A stretch of 64,000 nt of DNA from Phoronis australis (Eukaryota > Animalia > Phoronida): contig NMRA01000736.1 of NCBI GenBank assembly GCA_002633005.1, positions 1 through 64,000 of the forward strand. The letters are read 5' to 3'. This document shows, one piece after another, positions 48,521 to 62,740 of this stretch; position 1 is the stretch's first letter; the number at the start of each line of letters is the position of its first letter. Position numbers and translations under genes: made by a program. Under the pieces are notes generated by a model. It ran no database searches, was not told where the DNA came from, and worked only from the letters and a program-made list of their open reading frames with translations.

Positions 48521-49959
48521 AAAAGTTCCCTGCACCGCTAGTTCTATTTACCCTATTTTCAACCCGTGTTGCATCGAAAAAGCAATAAAATTCCGATCAA
48601 AACAGTCAAATTTGATGTAATCAAGGCATCAAAATGGCTGCCTGTTCTTGTTGGTTGCTAACGACGGGTATAAACGAAGCTGATCACGGGTGTCAATTGA
48701 CCAATCAAAATGCGCCTTGTTATCTTCCGTAACTGTTCGGCAGCCAATAAGAATGCACAAAGTAAGGCCTATGAATATATTTCTCAGCCAAATAAACACA
48801 AAAATATCTTTATGTGAATGACAACATGCTGTAGAAGGCACAATACCCTTCAAAACAAGTTTGGTTAAGGTACATCGGTGTTGCAGGGCAACGTAAATTT
48901 TGTGGACATGTTACTCAAAAAAAGTGATTGTGGGCATGGGCCTTATAGCGCAGCACTCTGTGTACCTCTTCGTAAAAGGTCAATAGATTGTTGCATTCAG
49001 TTGATGAAGCGTTAGGCCGCTTAGGACACGCTTTTTAGGTACGACACTGGCTTTCGATAAAATACCAAGACATGGTTACAGTAATGGTAAAACTTACATG
49101 TATAGTTGACCATACTCTGCTTGCATAGTTGATGGATGAAGGGTGGAGGTAGTTACTGAAACATATCTTGTAAAAGAACATTGTCATTTTGATACATTTT
49201 TATACTATCAAGGGAGTTGTGTGTTTTGGGCGATTTAGTCGAACTGCGTACAAAATGCAACTAATAAAAATAGCAATGATTCATACCGGAAGTGTTACAT
49301 AGTGAGCGTTTTCAATCAGTTTCATACGGTTGGGTGACGCATTTTCTGTTCTGTTGACTATGTACGTTGGCCGAGACGATACCCGATATGGATTCCCAGA
49401 CCCGATACATAATTTCCCATTTGAATTGAGGAAAACACAATGGCAGGGCAACGGACCAATACGGCGGTCCGTAAAGTTTCTGACTGCGGATCCACATTAT
49501 TGCAATTTTAATAATTTACCCCTTGCGTGAGAGACCCAGCTTCGGAAGGTAAATTGTAATCTCTACACTGTACGTAGACCCTATAGGCACCGCACTTACA
49601 TCGTGCTATAATCCTTGAATGACAAGTTTTGGACTTGAATAACTGTGAATTTTACTATACGTCACGCTCAATAGAGGGTGCCTGCCATAAGAGCATGAAC
49701 ATGGCGGCGACCATAACGAAGCTCAAAAGTGTGTTTTGGCCGCAGTAAGCGTGTAGACCTCAATCAAGCGCGGCTTACAGTGGAAATACCCGTGCAATGT
49801 GTGCAGTACGAAAAAAAGATGGTTTACAGTGTGATTCGTGTGACTTGTGAAGTCGTGGCTAAAATGTTTGATGCATTCAAACTTTCAAAACAACGGAATG
49901 AACTACTTGGAAATTTAGATGCAAGTTGGTTTCGTTTTACAGGCCACTACCCGCATTGT

Positions 49960-50480
49960 CCGTTATGCGTCACCAACTATTCCGTTTCCTCGAAGCAATT
50001 TTGGATTCAGGCCTTTCTGCTTAAAGACGGGATTATAGCTGGCGATAAGTTCTTTTAGGGTTGTCGAATACTGAAGGGCAGCACTTGACGCAAATATTGT
50101 ACGAGGCCCACGCTTATGGATCTCAGCAAAGCGTTTGACTCTCTTCTCAGTCGACCTCTTATCGCCAAACTGTGGTGCTATGGATTGTCATACTCGGTCT
50201 GCTCATACATATTGTCATATAGTACGTAACTACCTCAACCTAGGCACCGTATTTATTATGTCTGGCATTTGTATTGAGTGGTTACCACTGGAGAAAAGTG
50301 TCCCACAAAGGCCAGTCGTGGAATCTGTTCTTTAGAACATTTTTATGTTTCATCTATTATTTTGTAAATTATTTTATTTTATTTTTTTACAATCTCAGCA
50401 CGTGCTCACAATCTATGCGGGTGATAATATCTTTTATTATACAGCGTACACAGGTGATGATACGGTCGTGAAATACCTGT
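49960..50480 (+). mobile_element. LINE (CR1/L2-like) reverse transcriptase fragment, degenerate
   Basis: ..RAALD..LMDLSKAFDSL..LIAKLWCYG..WLPLEKSVPQ..L*NIFM across frameshifts. Confidence 0.75.
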
Positions 50481-51877
50481 AACTGTTACCACACCGTGAA
50501 ATATGTCAGAACTACATTTCCGTATTTTTCACTGGCGAAGATAACCCTGCTGAAGCCACATGCATTACGGTATTTGGCTGGAAAATCTATAAGAGTAACG
50601 CTAGTTCATTTAGCTCACCTGTATTTATAATATCACTCACGTCTCACAATTCTGTACAGGTGTTAGTGCCACCAAGACTTGGATAAACACCTTACCAATG
50701 ACAACTGAACCAAATATACGTGTGTATAGAATAAATCATAAACACATCAATCAAATACCATCTAAAATTTTAATTCAACAAACTTGATGAGAATTAAGGT
50801 GCGCAAACACACGCAACCTAAGCGATACCCAGACCTCATTTGGTTAACTAGTTGTAAATTAGTCGTTGCTATGGTAAGTATATCACTACGCCAAACACAA
50901 AAATCATAACAACCGGGTCCCAAAGGTGTTTTATTTAGTCAATAAAAGAAAATAATAATAATACCTAGAGCTGTTCCTTGTCAGCCTGTGGTGTGAGATT
51001 TTGGAATGTACTGCCAAGCAGTGCCAGAGAATTCGACAAGCAAATTCAAAACATCTTAATATTGAAACAGGACCGCACTGCAAATGTTCAAAAATCACAC
51101 TTGCGATGCGCTTTTTTAATTGTTTATTTATCCGAGTAGTATGTACTGTTTTTAAATATTTTCTCTGTTTTAAATCATACTAGCCCCTTGGCTAAAGTTT
51201 GTCTGCTTTATAAATGAATTGAAATGAACTGACGTCGGCAAAATGAGCTAATAAGCGAACACAACAGCGACTCACTGTGTTTGACTTGCCAACAGCGTCA
51301 CTCTTCCGGTTTGAAGAATTGTTGATTTGATTTTTCAAAAAAAAATCAATTTAGAAATATTCACTTAACGAGTTCATGTCCATTAGCATGTGACATATGC
51401 ATGAAGTACGATGCACACGATGCCGCTTGTACCAGGTCTGGGTTACGCCTATCTTCAAACATGTTTTCCCGACACCATGAAAGCAAAATACAACACCAAT
51501 GGCCACCCAGTGTACAACATTTTTGCAACAGGCCATACATTAAAGGGACACGCTAATGTGTTTCACAATGCTCATATTGACACATATACAACCAGGTGTT
51601 TCGTTTTACACAGATATACATGTAGTCATTGAACTTAATTCTTTGGATCTGAAAATAATCAACAGTTAGCGGAAACTGCGTCGAGTCACTCATATATAAC
51701 AGCCCTAGACAAACCTAAGAATTAGCCAAACGACAGCAATTCTGACACTCTTATTATTTTACTTTTTCGGAAGTGTAAAAAAATGCTTACAGCTCAAATA
51801 TCTGCATGAATCGAGTTAAGATTTATGGATGAGCAGTAGTGTTTAAACCCTATGGCAAAATATATCTGAAGAAGGAC

Positions 51878-54800
51878 CAAACAAGACGCATTTCTGGAAA
51901 ATGTGCATGTTAGAGGCATTTTTTAGTAAAAGTGGAGAACCTATCTTTTTAGCATAATTATGGTGTGCTGATTTCGATTATGCCTGTTCCCAAGCTGGAT
52001 TTTGAGTTTTTGACCATCTAATTTTCATAAACAAAATGGCCGCCAAACCAACAAGATAAGAAACATTCGTAAGACCAGGAGTAAGATATGTGACGAATAA
52101 TTAGGAATTTTTTGCTAAAAAACATAGTATAAGTTTGTTTAGATCACTTAAATTTAAGAGCATATTAATGAACGTCATTAAATTCCCAATTATGCTAATT
52201 AGTTTCCGCCATTACCAAAAAATTCAAATTTCGTTGTAACTTTATCAATTTGCAGGCAAACATGACAAATAAGGTGTCTATACCTATGTTTTGAAGGTCT
52301 AGAAAAATCGTTATGACACATGTGAAGCTTTTTATTTCATCTTCACTAAGTTACAAATGCTCATTAATAAAGTTTGAGAATTAAATTAGAAATCATGATT
52401 ATCAATGCCTTTTGCGAACATTCAATTTTTTAGATAAGACATCAAAGTATTGTAAACATAACATGACTTTTAAATACTGTTGTAAAGATATGCATGGCCA
52501 TATCGTCCCATTTTGGACAGGAACATGCCGTCCTCATAGTCGACCAAGCACTCTGCAGCAGAGTAGTAGAGCTTACGTGGTCGGTCCCAGAATATCAAAA
52601 TATGTTAATACAGTACATCGTTTAGTGGTTCTTCACGTATCAATGAAATGTATCAAGGCCATAGAAGATGACATGAGTGATTCCAGAATAGCTGAGGTGT
52701 GTATAGAGAGTGCAGTACTTGGTCACGACCTATGGAACTGGTCCTCAGTGGAAAGTCGTACAGCAAAGTTACGGTATGAGGGCACACAAACTGTCTTTGC
52801 AAGCTCAGTGGCATCTCCTGCATGCGCCAAGCTTTCTCTCGTTTATTGCAGAAGCAACTGTCATGCTTGTATTACCAGTATGTCTGCAGATGATGATCCA
52901 CAGAAAATTCCGGAGTTTTTAACATTTCTCAGTTAGGATAAGTTCAAGAAACTCCTGGGCATTTTGTCAACAGTAGTTCTGATGATGTGAATTTCAGCTT
53001 CTGGTGGAGTTACATGTACATGGTTCCAATATTGTTAAAGTACATGCTCTCAACGGGATGGTATTTTGGAACTGCATCTCTATTCATTTACTCTCGTGCT
53101 GCCCCACCGAATTATGCCCGAGTTGGATGCGGTCTTTTTAGCCGAGATGCATCAGCTTCCTCAGTCTGTTTGGTCAGAGTTTCAAGCAGGAAATTTTGTA
53201 GTCAAGCGATCTCCTCATATGCTCTGTCAGGTAGATTCTGACCAGTGGGTAAATAGGGCAGGCAAAAAGGAGGTGGTATCATCGGTAATACCAAAACCTC
53301 GTCAGCTCTATGGAGGTGGACACTCTCATTTAATCTGAAATCTCATATAGCTGAACAAACTTATTGCTGTGGGAGTACATAGTTTCATAACGAAGTCACG
53401 AGGCAACTGTCTAGAGTTCCCTTCTTTACGCATTCCATATCGATTGAAGGTCTTCTCGTCTGCAAGGCCTTAGCTGCCACAAAACCTTGCAACAAAAGAC
53501 CTAGTAACAGCACTAATCCAAGAGTCACTTTTACATGCCAAGGAACTTGGACACGAACAAATTAAGAAATATGTTCGAGACCGATTATCAGTGAGCAATG
53601 CGATAATTCAGAGTTTCAGACGTGTCAATTCACGCGCCTATGCGCAAAAATAATGCCCCAACATTTGCCAACTTATATGATGCGGTGAAGCAAACCAAAG
53701 ACAAAGACAAGAAAATAGTTCTTAAGGCAGAGAGAGATATACTTCGCTGCCTAGCTACGGCTTATGAGGCGGGTCGGCCAGTTGATTTGCCGTCTTTGCT
53801 CAAACGCGAGCTTCTTCCAGTCCATGTTTTCTTACAGAAACGAGTGGCACATTGCGCACTGCAGATAAATCTTCACTTGCCGAAGTATTAATAGTTAACA
53901 CATCGACTGTCCTAAAAGAATTCAACTTCATGGCTCGCCCGCTTGCCTCGTTTTTGATGGCGAAGCATTGCTGTTAGCTCTTGGGAAGCCTGATGGTGAT
54001 GTGACCTTCGAGAACCTGGCTGATTCATTCATGAAACAGTGCTAAACACAGGATTTCGATATCATAAAACTGACATTGTATTTGACAGATACAGACAAGA
54101 AACTATGAAGTACTCCTTAGTAAAGGAATACAGCAAATCAGGTGATTTTTGGAAGGCCGTGGTGTACCTCTTCCTCGAAATTGGTCAAATTTTCGGGAAC
54201 TGGCTGAGAATAAAGCAGACCTAGCACATTTATTGTCAGAGGAACTGTGTTTGTAGACGCCTGAAGATAAAGAGGTTATGGTTGCAGGAGGTTCAAAGAT
54301 GAGCTGGAAGTCAATTAAATCATCTAAGGATATGACTGATTTGAGGTCTCTGAAATCTGCACATGAAGAAGCAGATGCAAGACTGGTACTGCATGTTGTC
54401 CACAGTCAGTCGTATTTTCCAGGGACACCCGATGTTCTACTGCATCTGGTATCGCACTTCCAGCAAATGCAAAGTGAGCACAGCTGAATGATGTCAGGCA
54501 CATCAAAGAAATGACGATATATACGTATTGAAGCACTTTTCAACAAACTATTAAGAGACTCAGCAACATCCTTGTTTGCTTTTCATGCTGTGACCGGGTT
54601 TGGAACCAACTCGTACTTTTTTGCCAATCTCATGAAACAATCATCATGGAAGGTGTTCCCAGAGCATCACAGATTGCTTAAAAACCCCTGCATTGGTTAA
54701 CTCACTGAGTAAATTACGATGGCTTCAGAATTATTTGTCTGCAGACTATACGACTTGACCAGAACAGTCCTGTAGATGTAGCACGCCATTTACTATTCTC

Positions 54801-55885
54801 CAAGCCCGTGAACCCAGAAGTCCTTCCCCCCAACGCTTAATGCCCGCCGTTTCCATCTGATGAGAGTGCACTACCAGGTCAAGGTATGGCGAAATGATCA
54901 CTGTTCCATACCTGAGCTCCCAGCACCCTCTGATATGGGAGGGACACACAAACTTATGCTTGCAGCTCATACTGATGACACATAGTTCTATCCCAGACAG
55001 CTGCCTAGAGATGGTATTCTGTGCATGCCAGATATAACGCAATAGCAGACAATGCAAATGCAAGAAATATGGATTTCAATGCATATAATTATGCTCATGC
55101 CAGCAGCACAATGATGATCAGATTCCTTGTATGCAAACAGTTTGATTTGCCTGGCTCTAGGCATGTTAAAAAGTACTAAAACTAAAAAGTGAATGCTAAA
55201 ACTGTGTTCAACAGGCCTGAAAACAATTCATGCAACTGGGAATATAATGTCTTCAATAACAATAACTATGATTTTTTATGAATGAAAGATAACGGTATAG
55301 TGTAAACATTTGTCCTATTTTCCATCAAAATAGTGACACCTTGCTTGACGACCATTGCAGATTCACTATTTTTTCCACATTATGTAAGTATACATCTATA
55401 ACCCAATAAATATGAAATAAATTGCTCCAAAAATGTCTTTAGCATGTTTGTTGACCATGAAAATATAAGTATTAACACCTCATTTTTCAAGTTCTCCTGC
55501 AGGAACACAAACTTAAGACGCAAATTACATCGTATGGTAATGGCGGCACCTAATTTGCATAATTAGTTTTCAGAGTTGCATTTTTTAGTATTCATAAGTG
55601 ATTTATTGCTCAAGAAGTATTTATAAGAAGTGTACAGATGAGACATTTCACCATTTTAAATGGTATATGGTGATTTCTATTATAAAAATACATCTGAACT
55701 TGACAATTTGGCCGCCATTTTGTTTATGCAAATTAGATGGTCAAAAATGCAAAATTCGGCTTGGGAACAGGGTTAGTTGAATTCGCCATATCTTGATTGT
55801 GTGAAAAAGTCTTGTTCCCAACTTTTACTAAAAAATGCTTCTAGAACCTTATACAGGGCTCTTTTCAGGAAATGCGTCTAGACTA
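51878..55885 (+). mobile_element. Decayed Academ (AcademX-type) DNA transposon
   Basis: Long imperfect TIRs (agacgcattt..aaa, cctgttcccaagc..gaccatctaatt..cataaacaaaatggc.gccaaa); right end ..GCGTCTAGACTA. Disrupted ORF with RAHKL, LKAERD, IVFDRY, HEEADARLVLH (XPG/PIN-like), FHAVTG, SLPPT..RVHYQ and a C-terminal Cys cluster. Confidence 0.8.
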
Positions 55886-56480
55886 AAGCAGTAAAATGTT
55901 TCACTCGACTTTTAAAAAGTTTTGCTCCAAAAACTCACCAGTTTTTGTTCGGAAGTATCCCTTCGTCATGTGAAGTAATAGTTGGAAATACAGATGCAAT
56001 AGTTTTAACATTTAAACACATTCTCTGGTGTAATTGGGAGTGGAATTGTGTGTGAACACAAAAACCTTACAGGACATGGTAGATATCAGTCATTCAGATG
56101 TACATGTTTAGAAATCCATGCTATGGTACAATACGTTACATATACTGTACATGTATGGCGAGACTTGGTCGAGAATTACATTCCAAGCAACCCGTTTACT
56201 CCAATGACAGTAATTGAAGAGCTAATATACATACACAGTTGCTTTGAAAAAGTTGAAGATATTTCTTGTCGTTGAAATTCGCCGAAATCTCAAAGCACTG
56301 ACATCTCCAGTTCAATTTCTAGTCGTTTAGTTTTTTTTTTTCGTTTTATTTTCTGTGACAAAGCTGGGCAAATTTTGATGAAAATTATCATCTTGCTTTG
56401 AAATTGTACCGGCATTACAGCGTGTTATCTACTAAAACCTCTTGTAAATCAATAGCTTTTTCGATATTGTCAAATTGATT

Positions 56481-56560
56481 TCACATGACAGTATCTTCCA
56501 CAGTGTAAACTGCTGTGTTTTTAAAACCACCGTTTTCGCAGCCACGTAATCCTTGATTTC
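56481..56560 (-). CDS. Amt: Amt probable last exon
   Basis: tttggtttcag|[26 protein letters not shown]; phase matches the upstream donor. Confidence 0.65.
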
Positions 56561-59500
56561 CTGAAACCAAAAATGGGACAGAACAATCTCCCTTCACTTG
56601 AATCGAAACTTCAAAATTCCATTTCAGAAATAAATTGATTGCGATTCTTTCATTAAAACCTTTTTTAGGAAATCTTTGCAATTCCAAGAGTACATGTAAG
56701 TGCATTCAATACGTGACCAATGTTGACCTTGCCAAGGGGTAACTACATGACCCATGCAAGCGCAAACCAACTATTTAGGCTACCAAAGCTTATCAACAAA
56801 GCGTGAACAAAATGTACATGTATATTAATTTTGGCTTACGTCTGAATTCAATTTAATAGCGTAGGTTGTATGTTGCTAAACTTCTTTACGTGTTTAAAAC
56901 GATGAATCTTATTCTGTACACCTCACGTCCAGCATGCGGGGTATTGGCCTACCGTTTGGATATATATGCGTAGCAGATTCCGTGTATTTGCTGGGACCGC
57001 CTCCATAACCACCCCATCCGTCTCCATAAGACTGGTAAGGGTAGGCCGGTTCTCCGTGTTTAGGGATGTCTAGCCCTAGAAGAATAGGAATGTGGATGTA
57101 TCACTTTTGCAACAACAGATTAGGTTATAGACTATATATCCAAAACCAAAGCGTTTTTTCACGCGAACAGATGAACATTGTTTTAAGATGCATGGTTCAT
57201 TTCAGAAAAATGTGTCTGTGGGTCAATTGACCCACAACGCCTCAAGTCTATGGGTCAGTATTGAACACCCATAGGTCATCAATTTGTGTCGGTTATTCAT
57301 GAATTCGCGGCTTTTCTTCATCTTTTTATGCCTCAGATTTGCCATTTTTTGAAAAGTTGCCAAGATAACTTATTGAAAGACTACAGTTATGCATCCAGGA
57401 ATTAATACGCGTCGCAAAATGCTGCCTACACACCAGGCCAACGAGCACTACCCGCGCATGCGTGGAAAAAGGTCACTATAATATAATTTCCACTGGAAAC
57501 TCGTACATCGTAATGCCCGGCATTTTACTGCTAAAAGAGGGCAACGAGAAGCTTTATGTCAATCTCTACCATTCTTAAATTTCAACCGACAGTTACACTA
57601 ATTACATGTATACATGTACATATACCCCGCTGGACAAGACGCTGTCGGACGCTAATATACAAGTATTCCGTGAAAAAAAGAAACAAAAATCTTTTTAAGT
57701 GTGGTGGGTTGGGCTATTGTCTGATAGCACGAGTCACTATTTAAATTCTGATGTTCATAGGCTAGTCATCGATAGGCAAATGCCCACGCGGGTTCTCTGG
57801 GGTCCGCATGTTTTGAATCAAGACCCCCTATCGCTTACGTTGTTTTTGTTTTTGTTGCTTTGCTCATTTGTTATAATCAGGTGCTTTACAATTGATACAT
57901 AATAATGCCCGCGATATGACAACACAAGCGTGAGTAACGCAGCTGTGGACTCGAGATGTACAAACCTTGTGCATCAATGAATTTTTTGCGCCAATGACGA
58001 GGGGCGCGGCATAAAATACATGTATATCCATGAGACCAGCATCTCGAAATTCAGGCATTAAGAAAACGAAACATTAATACAGTAATGTATAAACATCCAC
58101 CCAACATATTGAACGGTGTACATGCGCACACCCACCGTTAAATATAGCGAGGGACGAAATTCTGACGATGCGGACCTTTTACGAAAAAAAAACGGGGTAC
58201 CACTCTTCAGAGCTATTATATGATTTGTGCATTTGTACCTTTTTAGGAGACTTTTGTCTCGTTTTCTCGGACTTTTTATTTCTCTGGGCGGACGTTTTTG
58301 CCCACTTCGCCAAATGGAGGGGGAGGGGGGGGCTCGTTGGAGTCCCCGATCCCCCCTGGGTGTACATGTATAAGAATGCATTGCGTACGCGACAGTGCTG
58401 TCGGTTGGCAGACTTCGTGCATATTCTTTGAAACACATGTCGTGATCTGTTGTTCTTTGGAGGATTGACAGATATAGCGAGAGTTTAAAGAATGCTGTCA
58501 GTCAACAATATGGTTGTGTATTCAATGAATTCTTTCTACAAGAAGGGCTTTTGCCAAACTAAACAAGCCAAGCTTTAAGGAATTTTTGCATGCATAACAT
58601 GCTGATTGAATCCTTTTTAAGGAACCTATTTACACTCACCTTTTTCTTCGATTTCTTTGCTGACCCGTAATATTTTAAATACGCTCATCAATCCGAACAT
58701 TATAATACATATGACCGCACTCCATCCGGCAATCGCCAAACAACCCAACAGGTTCATGCCGAGAGATTTAAACGACTCCGACGAGAAGGTGTATAGAATA
58801 CCCGTGTTGCGCTTGAAGATAGGCACACTGAGTACACCCCAAAAGCCGGACCCCGCGTGTACTATAACGAAATATAGCATATATTAAAGCCTAAGACCGT
58901 GATTAAAAGATATCAGTTCATTTACATTCACCAAATTATTGCACAAAAGTTTCGTCAGTCAAAANNNNNNNNNNNNNNNNNNNNNNNNNNNNNNNNNNNN
59001 NNNNNNNNNNNNNNNNNNNNNNNNNNNNNNNNNNNNNNNNNNNNNNNNNNNNNNNNNNNNNNNNNNNNNNNNNNNNNNNNNNNNNNNNNNNNNNNNNNNN
59101 NNNNNNNNNNNNNNNNNNNNNNNNNNNNNNNNNNNNNNNNNNNNNNNNNNNNNNNNNNNNNNNNNNNNNNNNNNNNNNNNNNNNNNNNNNNNNNNNNNNN
59201 NNNNNNNNNNNNNNNNNNNNNNNNNNNNNNNNNNNNNNNNNNNNNNNNNNNNNNNNNNNNNNNNNNNNNNNNNNNNNNNNNNNNNNNNNNNNNNNNNNNN
59301 NNNNNNNNNNNNNNNNNNNNNNNNNNNNNNNNNNNNNNNNNNNNNNNNNNNNNNNNNNNNNNNNNNNNNNNNNNNNNNNNNNNNNNNNNNNNNNNNNNNN
59401 NNNNNNNNNNNNNNNNNNNNNNNNNNNNNNNNNNNNNNNNNNNNNNNNNNNNNNNNNNNNNNNNNNNNNNNNNNNNNNNNNNNNNNNNNNNNNNNNNNNN

Positions 59501-62500
59501 NNNNNNNNNNNNNNNNNNNNNNNNNNNNNNNNNNNNNNNNNNNNNNNNNNNNNNNNNNNNNNNNNNNNNNNNNNNNNNNNNNNNNNNNNNNNNNNNNNNN
59601 NNNNNNNNNNNNNNNNNNNNNNNNNNNNNNNNNNNNNNNNNNNNNNNNNNNNNNNNNNNNNNNNNNNNNNNNNNNNNNNNNNNNNNNNNNNNNNNNNNNN
59701 NNNNNNNNNNGAGATAATAGTTTTCATCTTAAATCTTCTTATTCTTCACCTTATTAACCCGCCGTATCACTGTATGTTATGGCCGCCATTCTACCTCTAC
59801 AATTCCTGGCAACAGGCGCATTGTAATCCCTTGTCGGCGAGTCATAACAAGCGACGAAAGCAGTTGTGGGAAAAGTCGTGTGAGAAGTTTGTGCTGCCCT
59901 TATTTCGGTATGTGTGCCTACGTTTTGTAGGGTTTCCAAAAGACGAGGAGTGGAGGGAAGTTAAAAAAAGTTCGCTTCACTGCCACGTACATTTCTCATC
60001 ATAACTTAGTCATCTATAATTCCTCAATCCCCAAATGCAATTCCAGATTTTGTTTGCCGATTTCTAAGTAGACGTCTCGTCCCGTTCACTGCCACTGGTG
60101 AACTCTGAATGCCTGCATAAGTATTGTTTTTTAACTCACGTGCCAAATGTCAACTCACTTGATACATCCCGGTAAAATACAAAGATACAGTATCAAAGTT
60201 TGATATCAGCGTAGGCCTACACAGCAATGGGTTTTATGACAAGACTAAATTAGAAACAGAGATGTGGTGTGATAAGCTGTTACATATTTCTTAAGACTTT
60301 TCGGGACTGGGTGAGTAACTCAAGAAGTAAAGCTTAATGATTGCCAAACGTATCAAAGAAATGGCATAAGAATATTCATTGAAACTAAAAAATGAATAAC
60401 AGTTACAGAACACTCAGAATTCCACGTTATAGACATACTCTTGTAGTTGTAGCGACAGCAGACGATAATGTAGGCCTAGTTCTTGGGGTGGTCTATTCCA
60501 ATAGGGAGCGATGAATCAGCGCGGCTTTGCGTGATTTTGCATTTCACATCATAAAGAGTTCCATAGCAACTCGAGTATGAGTGTCAGATTTGAGTACGTT
60601 TGGAGTCTACTCAAAATACGACATTAGATACGCTTTTTTGAGTACGACTCGAGTGAGCACAATTTTGAGTATGAAATCTCGAATATGAGTATGAGTCTGA
60701 GTACGGAGATTGGAAACCGGGCCCTGGAATGTATAACGACACGACGTGTTAATGACACCGAGTACGTATTTTTTTTGATATTACATGGGGTAATCACAAA
60801 GTAGTGAAAAGTAGAAATCCATACGCTTTACATTTTATCGTCCACAAAAAATTTAAACAGCCAAACACGCTCCAAGCAAACAATGTTGGAATTCCGGTGT
60901 TGCAACTATACGTACTGCCAGTAGGAACGACATGAAAACAACTTCCTAAACGGACCCAACGTCGGCGTCGAATTCCATACCCACGTTCATTCAAAAACAG
61001 ACGTGCCCCAACTCAAAAAACGCGACGAGTGTCCAGCTTGAGTTTTTCGGCATAAAAGAGATCTTTTTTGCGTTTCATGTGAGAAAGAAATCCTACACTC
61101 GTCTCAGATTTATGACGGGCAAAACCTCTTCGAAATTTCGTCAAAATCCCGAGACTCGTGTAGGATTCTCCATTTATCACAATGTCATGTTGTTGAAAGA
61201 GTAATCGGTAATGTGCTTACGGGAACTGAATGCCCGGGTATTTCGGTGTCTCCTTCATCGAACCTCCCAATCCTAGGTCCTAGGATCACAGCACCAACTA
61301 GCGCAGCGGTACCACCAAGTAGATGAACCACACCACTTCCACCAAAATCCTGAAATAGACGATTCAAAGATCCCTATACCGCGGCATACATGTACCTATC
61401 GTGGTCAAAATTAATCCTCATACTTCAAGTAGTCAATGGTTCTTCAGAGACTGACGCTCTCCAACTGTATACATGTTGTATTGTCCACGAAATTCTCTTG
61501 TCAAATCTACCATTGCATCAATGAAACTATTTGTTTTCAAATACCTGAAATGGAACTCCATTGATTCCCTTTTTCAACCAACCTTCCGGTGACCAGGCCC
61601 AATGAGTGACTACAGGATACATAAAACCTGTTTAAATGTACAAATGATACAATGTAGCCATGTAGAAACATCAATTGACTTTTCTTGATAATGTGTATCA
61701 TTTCCGTTCGTACTTGACCATTGCTATCAACAACATGATCATCTCATAATCACTGCCAGCAATATGTAAGCGTGAGGAGATTGGTAGGCACAGAAACCGC
61801 AAGCGAATTTAGGGGATTGGGGATGGCATCCGTCCTTATGGAGACGACCAAAATAAAAATTTAAAAAATGGGAAAAAATACGCCACCAGCATGCTGGTTT
61901 CATCGATTTCACGTTCACATATGTGGTTGTCGCCTGTGAAATATGCAGTATTACGTCCACTAGTCGAACTATTGCCACATACATGACCAAGACAAGAAAG
62001 ATTATTTATCAGGACTCGTTATTCAGCGATAGCATACAGAAGACCAACATATAATTGCAGAAGTCCATGGCGATAGTAAACCTGATTTTAAATCACGTCT
62101 TTTGCTTCTTTCCAACCTAAAACTGTCACTAACCTGTGATCATAAAACTGTAGATCAAATAGGCGACGAATTCACACCTCTCGGCAACAGCGCCAGACAC
62201 GATGGTGGCGGCGGTGGCGGCAAACACGAAATGGAAGAAAAAGTTATGATACGTGTCATCCGGCATGTTGGCGCTGAACCAGAAGGAATGGCCGATGAAG
62301 GCGTTTCCTTTGCCAAACCCAAAGCTGTAACCAACCGCCCAGTAAGCGACACCTGCAACCACTAAAAGACAAAAAGACTGAATGCAACAAATGGTTAAAT
62401 ACAAGGTGGTTTTCCTATAGATGAGAATACATGACGCGAATGTTAATTCAGCACTAGCGATATCAAAGACTGAGTAACCAAAACAATCTATGGGACATCG

Positions 62501-62669
62501 ACAAAATTTATACGGTATACTGTGGAGGAATGGTGAATTGCAGGCCCATTCCAGATTCTGCTCACTTTAATTTGAAAACACTATTTGGATCCATCAAGTA
62601 GAAAATAAATCTGAAACTAAGAGAGGCGATCCACATTCTCTAAAAGATATTATTGTTGGACGAAATGTA

Positions 62670-62740
<71 letters not shown>

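Noticed and set aside
58899-59757. Long ORFs of about 270 aa
   Set aside because: Artefacts of the N run
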